From: Thermoanaerobaculia bacterium
GTDB taxonomy: Bacteria; Acidobacteriota; Thermoanaerobaculia; Multivoradales; Multivoraceae
Assembly (NCBI GenBank): GCA_963664405.1
Contig: OY761158.1
Span: forward strand, 1,600,001-1,664,000
Length of the DNA stretch: 64,000 bases
Reading direction: 5' to 3'
Position numbers and translations under genes: made by a program. Under the pieces are notes generated by a model. The model was not told the origin of the DNA. It did no database searches and saw only the letters and a program-made list of their open reading frames with translations. Positions within the stretch are counted from its first letter, which is position 1, and the number at the start of each line of letters is the position of its first letter. Of the stretch, positions 59,109-64,000 are shown piece by piece.

Positions 59109-59139
59109 TGCAATTAGGGACTTGTGCGCCATAATTGCA
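59109..59139. promoter_or_regulatory. 31-bp inverted repeat upstream of DUF4143 ATPase
   Basis: TGCAATTA-15 nt-TAATTGCA. Confidence 0.6.
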
Positions 59140-59142
59140 AGG

Positions 59143-60327
59143 ATGATTCCGCGTCGATTGACAGATCTTCTCGTAGAAAGGCTGCGAGACTTCCCAGCCG
59201 TCGGTCTCCTCGGCCCACGGCAGGTCGGTAAGACCACACTCGCTCGACTCTTGACTGTGGAACAGACCGCGAAGAAGACCGCGTATCTCGATCTCGAGAA
59301 TCCGGTCGATCTGGAAAAGCTGGAGGACACTGCAGGCTATCTCGAGTTTCGATCCGATCGACTCGTGATCTTCGATGAGGTACAGCGAATGCCCGGCCTC
59401 TTCGAGAGACTGCGGGGTGTTATCGACGAGCGAACGTTCGATGGCCAACCCGCCGGCCACTTTCTTCTGCTTGGATCAGCCTCGATCGACCTCTTGAGGC
59501 AATCATCGGAGAGTCTCGCGGGGCGGATTGCCTACCTCGAACTGGGGCCGCTCGACATCACCGAGATCGACTCGGACGACGAGGCTGACCTCTGGATCAG
59601 GGGAGGATTCCCCAGAAGTCTGCTGGCTGCATCCGACCGCGCCAGCGCCACCTGGCGGGAAAGCTTCATCACCACCTATCTGGAACGCGACATTCCCCAA
59701 CTCGGACCGCGGATACCCGCCGAGACACTGCGGCGATTCTGGACCATGCTCGCTCACCGCCAGGGAGCGCCACTCAACGCTGCCGAGCTTGCCCGTAGCC
59801 TGGCGGTGGACGGCAAGACCATAGCGCGGTATCTCGACCTCATGGTGGACCTTCTTCTCGTCCGCAAGCTACAACCTCTGCATGCCAACGTGGGCAAGCG
59901 GCTGGTAAGGTCTCCCAAGACCTATCTTCGCGATAGCGGCCTGGTACACACACTCCTCCGCCTGGACACGTTCGAGGAAGTCGTAGGGCATCCGATTGCC
60001 GGCGCGAGCTGGGAGGGACACGTAATAGAGAACCTGCTCCGCGTTGCGCCTTCGCGCACCGAGGCGAGCTTCTACCGCACATCGGCGGGAGCAGAGGTCG
60101 ACCTCGTGCTCGACCTTCCGGGTTCTCGACGCTGGGCGGTCGAGGTGAAGCGCGGCCGGGCACCCAGCGTCTCGCGCGGCTTCCACAACGCCCTCGAGGA
60201 CCTCCAGCCGGATAGAGCCTTCGTCGTCCATTCAGGTGCCGATCGTTACCCCAAAGGCGAGAACATCGAGGCCATTGGCCTAGGCGACATGGCGAAAGAG
60301 ATCGTCGCCACCTTCGAGAGCCGATAG
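59143..60327 (+). CDS. AAA_14 + DUF4143 ATP-binding protein
   Basis: GPRQVGKT, DEVQ, ESLAGR, PKTYLRDSG, EVDL..AVEVK. Confidence 0.9.
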   Translation: MIPRRLTDLLVERLRDFPAVGLLGPRQVGKTTLARLLTVEQTAKKTAYLDLENPVDLEKLEDTAGYLEFRSDRLVIFDEVQRMPGLFERLRGVIDERTFDGQPAGHFLLLGSASIDLLRQSSESLAGRIAYLELGPLDITEIDSDDEADLWIRGGFPRSLLAASDRASATWRESFITTYLERDIPQLGPRIPAETLRRFWTMLAHRQGAPLNAAELARSLAVDGKTIARYLDLMVDLLLVRKLQPLHANVGKRLVRSPKTYLRDSGLVHTLLRLDTFEEVVGHPIAGASWEGHVIENLLRVAPSRTEASFYRTSAGAEVDLVLDLPGSRRWAVEVKRGRAPSVSRGFHNALEDLQPDRAFVVHSGADRYPKGENIEAIGLGDMAKEIVATFESR

Positions 60328-60408
60328 GACTCGCCGAGGACAGCGAAGCGTGCGACCCCGACCGCGCGACTCGGCGCACCATCGACCATCATCTTCGAAT
60401 CTACTCAA

Positions 60409-60439
60409 TGAAAAATGGGAATGACATTCCCGATTTTCA
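60409..60439. promoter_or_regulatory. 31-bp inverted repeat upstream of second DUF4143 ATPase
   Basis: TGAAAAATGGGAATG-a-CATTCCCGATTTTCA followed by TATAGT. Confidence 0.6.
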
Positions 60440-60454
60440 GCTATAGTCTCACCC

Positions 60455-61603
60455 ATGATCCGGCGGACCCTTCACAAGCGGTCTATTGAGGAGCGCCTCC
60501 GACGAAGTCCAGTGGTGGGCCTCCTCGGCGCTCGCCAAGTCGGGAAAACGACGCTCGCACGGGAGATCCTCGGTGGCCGCAAGAAGGTGCATTGGTTCGA
60601 CCTCGAGCTCCCAGCCGACCGGGCTCTCCTCGCGGACGCTCAACTGGCATTGCAGGATCTCAGAGGCCTGGTAGTTCTCGACGAGATTCAGCACCGGCCG
60701 GAGATATTTCCGTTGCTGCGAAGCCTGGTCGATCGCCGGCCTCTGCCCGCTCGCTTCCTACTCCTTGGTAGCGCTTCACCATCGCTTCTCCGACAATCCT
60801 CGGAGAGCCTAGCCGGAAGGATCTCGTACTACACGCTTCCGGGGTTGGCCGTCGAGGAGGTAGGAGTCAGCGAGCTGGACAGACTTTGGCTGCGTGGCGG
60901 CTTCCCTCGCTCCTTTCTCGCAAATAGCCACCTGGCCAGCAACCAATGGCGTCGAGACTTCATCAGAACTTTCGTCGAGAGGGACCTGGCGCAGCTTGGA
61001 ATCGAGATTCGGTCGAGCGTCGCTCATCGATTCTGGGCGATGCTAGCCCACTACCACGCACAGACCTGGAACGGTTCAGAGCTGGCACGGGCTTTCGGAG
61101 TGACCCACAAGACGACTCGACGTTACCTCGATGCCCTGACGGCGGCGCTGGTCATCACTCAGCTCAGGCCCTGGTTCGCCAACATCGGAAAGCGTCAGGT
61201 CAAGGCCCCGAAGGTCTACATAACGGACTCTGGACTCTTACACAGTCTGCTCGACATCAATGACCGGCGAGGGCTCGAGCGGCATCCGAAGGTGGGCGCC
61301 TCCTGGGAGGGATTCCTTCTCAAGGAGACGATTCAAGCTCTGCGAGCCGAGGATGAAGAATGCTACTTCTGGGCTACGCACACCGGAGCAGAGCTCGACC
61401 TCCTCTGGGTGCGGGGCCGGAAACGCTGGGGTTTCGAGTTCAAACGAACTGTTACTCCGCGCCTGACCCGGTCGATGCATGCCGCGATGGAGTCACTCGA
61501 TTTGCAGCGTCTCTTTGTCGTCCATGCCGGCTCGGAAACCTTTCCCATGCACAAGAAGGTCACAGCGATCGCAGCATCGAGGCTACTAGACGACCTGCCA
61601 TAG
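60455..61603 (+). CDS. AAA_14 + DUF4143 ATP-binding protein
   Basis: GARQVGKT, DEIQ, ESLAGR, PKVYITDSG, ELDL..FEFK. Confidence 0.9.
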   Translation: MIRRTLHKRSIEERLRRSPVVGLLGARQVGKTTLAREILGGRKKVHWFDLELPADRALLADAQLALQDLRGLVVLDEIQHRPEIFPLLRSLVDRRPLPARFLLLGSASPSLLRQSSESLAGRISYYTLPGLAVEEVGVSELDRLWLRGGFPRSFLANSHLASNQWRRDFIRTFVERDLAQLGIEIRSSVAHRFWAMLAHYHAQTWNGSELARAFGVTHKTTRRYLDALTAALVITQLRPWFANIGKRQVKAPKVYITDSGLLHSLLDINDRRGLERHPKVGASWEGFLLKETIQALRAEDEECYFWATHTGAELDLLWVRGRKRWGFEFKRTVTPRLTRSMHAAMESLDLQRLFVVHAGSETFPMHKKVTAIAASRLLDDLP

Positions 61604-61644
61604 TTTCGTAGGACAGGCCGTCTTTGTCGATCCGACGGAAGCGC

Positions 61645-62648
61645 TCAATTAACACCGGCCGCGTTCATCTCTAAAGCCCCAGTGGCCGTACCGGGCATCT
61701 CCCCTCTCACTCTCTCGCGGTCGAGCCTGAGGCCTGTCGATCTGGAGAACCAATCCCGGGTAAGGCTCCGAGGGATGTCGTCACCGGTTCGCCGCATCCA
61801 GTCCGCCAGCACCTTCTTCAATTCCTGATGCACGCTTTCGAAGGCTTCATTCCCGATCAGGTTCGCCAGCTGAAGGCTGTCCTTCCGACAATCGAACAGC
61901 TCCTCGGCGGGACGCGGCGCCAAGAATGTGTCCGCCTGGGCGGCTGAAAGGGACCCTGCTTCGCGTCGCTCGACCAGCGCCCGGTGGGAGTCGCTCCTGA
62001 CCGAATCAGCCGGCCCCTGATTGGCGAATTGCGGCCGACCGTTGAGCACATACATGTGCTCCCTGGTTCTCACCATGCGTTCGTAGGCTTCGTGATCATG
62101 CCAGTTGTGCTCGGCCAAGACGTACTGCCTGATCGACTCATCAGGGCTATTCAGGATTAGCCTGAAGCTCGACCCCTGAAAGGTGCGCGGCTTCTCGACG
62201 CCGGCGATGTCGAGGATGGTGGGAGCGATGTCGATCGGAGATCGAAACCACTGCGGAGGATGTCTCCCATGTGCCACTTGCCGGCGTGCCCGGAGTAGTA
62301 GCCGGCCGCCTTCAATTGATTGGCAATGCTCGGGAAGTCGACGGCAGGCTCGGTGTGGAGCTCCGCGGCGCCGGTATTGTGGGGATAGCGTCCGGTCAGG
62401 ATGCTGATCCGGCTCGGGCTGCACGAGCTGGTGGTCAGGAAAGCGTTGGTGAACTTCACCCCTTCCGTGGCGATCCTGTCGATATTCGGCGTTTGAACGA
62501 TCTCGTTGCCGTAGGCGCCGATGTCGTTCCAACCGATGTCATCGGCGATGAAGACGATGAAATTGGGTCGTTCCGGCCTTGCCTGCTCAGCAGATGCAAT
62601 CAGAGTCATGACCAGAAGAAAACGAGAGAATCGCTGACTGCGTCTCAC
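61645..62648 (-). pseudogene. Sulfatase with internal deletion and frameshift near 62238
   Basis: N-half (ADDIG, CSPSR, GKWH) and C-half (IDIAPTILD, EELFD) in different frames; middle (SDN/SDH region) absent. Confidence 0.85.
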
Positions 62649-63232
62649 GGTTGGTCTCCCGCCGTTATCGCTGCCAGAAAGTGCGCCGGCGAGCTGACGG
62701 TGACCTCGGACATCTTGAAGTCCTTCACATTTCTCGTCAGGATGATGTCGGCAGCCACCGCTTTGCCTGCACTCGCGACGACAGCATCCTCGAAGTCACG
62801 GATTCTCGACGACGTGGCGTCCTCGAGCACACTGCGATTGACCGGTGCGACTTCGAGGATCGAGAGCAAGACACTGACATGCTTTCGAGCTTCTCGTCTG
62901 CCAGCCGCCTTCGTACCTAGACCAGCGTTTCCGAAGTTCGAGTCGCCTAGCTCGAGGTCATTCTGTTCGCTGGCAAGGCGCGCCGACGCAGGCATATTGG
63001 GAATCTGTCGAGGAGGCGCAACGCCGCCAGCGGGCAGAAGGGACCGAGATAGGTGTCGCGAACTTTGGAAACGCTGGCCTAGGTAGAAGATCGTGGTGAC
63101 GGAGGTGGCGCAGACGTAGCCCCGCAGCGAGCCCTCTTCCGCCATGGAAAGCACCTGCGAGGACGAGGCTGAGAAAGGCTCGCGATCCAGGAGAACGTCG
63201 AGCAGAACATCGGTATCGAAAAGTACGTTCAC
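62645..63232 (-). CDS. PIN toxin carrying 54-aa in-frame repeat insertion
   Basis: FDTDVLLD, DFEDA, TRNVKDF; 141 aa without the insert. Confidence 0.85.
   Translation of the reverse strand: MNVLFDTDVLLDVLLDREPFSASSSQVLSMAEEGSLRGYVCATSVTTIFYLGQRFQSSRHLSRSLLPAGGVAPPRQIPNMPASARLASEQNDLELGDSNFGNAGLGTKAAGRREARKHVSVLLSILEVAPVNRSVLEDATSSRIRDFEDAVVASAGKAVAADIILTRNVKDFKMSEVTVSSPAHFLAAITAGDQP
62917..63082. mobile_element. Family A element copy 5 (in frame, read from the opposite strand)
   Basis: 166 bp, CTAG ends, internal -1/+1 indels. Confidence 0.9.
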
Positions 63233-63465
63233 CCGTACTTCTTCTCCAAGTGACCTCGGTAGTCATCTCGGTTTACTTCAGTGCCACGGAGCACCCCCTT
63301 GAGGCGGGATACACGCGGGGAGAGAGCACGCTTTCGGGGCTCGCCATCGAGAAGCTCGAAATACTCCGCAACCACCTGCGAAAGCGACTTGCCGGCCCGC
63401 TTCGCGTGGCCCTTGGCCGCCTCTATCAGCTCCTCGTCCATCCTGAGAGTCAGCTTGGTCTGCAT
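63229..63465 (-). CDS. RHH antitoxin (DUF6364-like)
   Basis: MQTKLTLRMDEELI..SLSQVV; TGACGTA..TACGTCA palindrome upstream (63467..63497). Confidence 0.85.
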   Translation of the reverse strand: MQTKLTLRMDEELIEAAKGHAKRAGKSLSQVVAEYFELLDGEPRKRALSPRVSRLKGVLRGTEVNRDDYRGHLEKKYG

Positions 63466-63584
63466 ATGACGTACATCCTTGCCACAAGTATACGTCAGGT
63501 ATGAGCCGAGTCGCTACGCGGAACCGCAGATGCAGACCATGTGCTCCGTGACACCGCTCGACAAGGGCTCCGGCTCCCCGAGAA

Positions 63585-64000
63585 TCAGGCCGCGGCAATA
63601 TCCGGCTTGAAGATGTCCACGGGAACGTCGTTCGCCTGCCGAACACCAGGGGTGCTTCGCCCTTCGCGCACGTACTTTTCGAGAAGAGCCACCAGTTCTC
63701 GCACCACCTCGGGCCGGCGCGCGGTGAGGTTCTCGGTCTCACCGATATCGACACTCAAGTCGTAGAGCTGCATCGCCGGGCGATCGGCCGGCTGGTTGGT
63801 GAAACCACCGGAGTCGGCACAGAGCGACAGCTTCCAGTTGTCTTTTCTGATCGAAAAGTAACCCTTGCTGGAGTGGTGGACAACCGCCTCACGAAGAGGC
63901 TCCTCCGCGGTTCCGAGAAGCGCCGGCAAGATGCTGACGCTGTCTTCGGCCGCCCCGCTCGGGAGCTCGGCACCGGCGATCTCCGCACAGGTCGCGAGGA
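63585..64000 (-). CDS. Sulfatase C-terminus (gene starts beyond window edge)
   Basis: AEDSVS, WKL, QLYDLSVDIGETENL. Confidence 0.8.
   Translation of the reverse strand, partial: LATCAEIAGAELPSGAAEDSVSILPALLGTAEEPLREAVVHHSSKGYFSIRKDNWKLSLCADSGGFTNQPADRPAMQLYDLSVDIGETENLTARRPEVVRELVALLEKYVREGRSTPGVRQANDVPVDIFKPDIAAA

Overview
High-GC bacterial window with no rRNA, tRNA, CRISPR array or transposase recognised. It reads like an Acidobacteriota-type accessory region (inference from Oar-like TonB receptors and many sulfatases, PQQ enzymes and TA modules). Contents: (i) secreted catabolic genes (seven sulfatase genes or fragments, PQQ dehydrogenases, two TonB-dependent receptors each beside a TetR, DUF3604/PHP-like hydrolases, a Tat-exported enolase-family dehydratase, an aldolase); (ii) five full copies plus one fragment of an uncharacterised secreted protein with an invariant (Y/F)ExACHEGNY motif, three times head-to-head with a PQQ dehydrogenase; (iii) about ten toxin-antitoxin modules and two AAA_14/DUF4143 ATPases; (iv) many deletion relics. 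The most striking signal is a CTAG-bounded, ~166-bp palindromic element in five copies. It adds exactly 162 nt (54 codons), is open in three reading frames, sits in frame inside three genes and on the TAG stop of two others, and shows compensatory base-pair changes. A sister element has the same core with different arms, and a second CTAG-punctuated modular repeat family is also present. Other notable items: a conserved 31-bp inverted repeat ahead of DUF4143 ATPase genes, and a filled/empty-site pair showing an MNT-HEPN module at a precise site. All family calls are from motif recognition by eye, not database searches.
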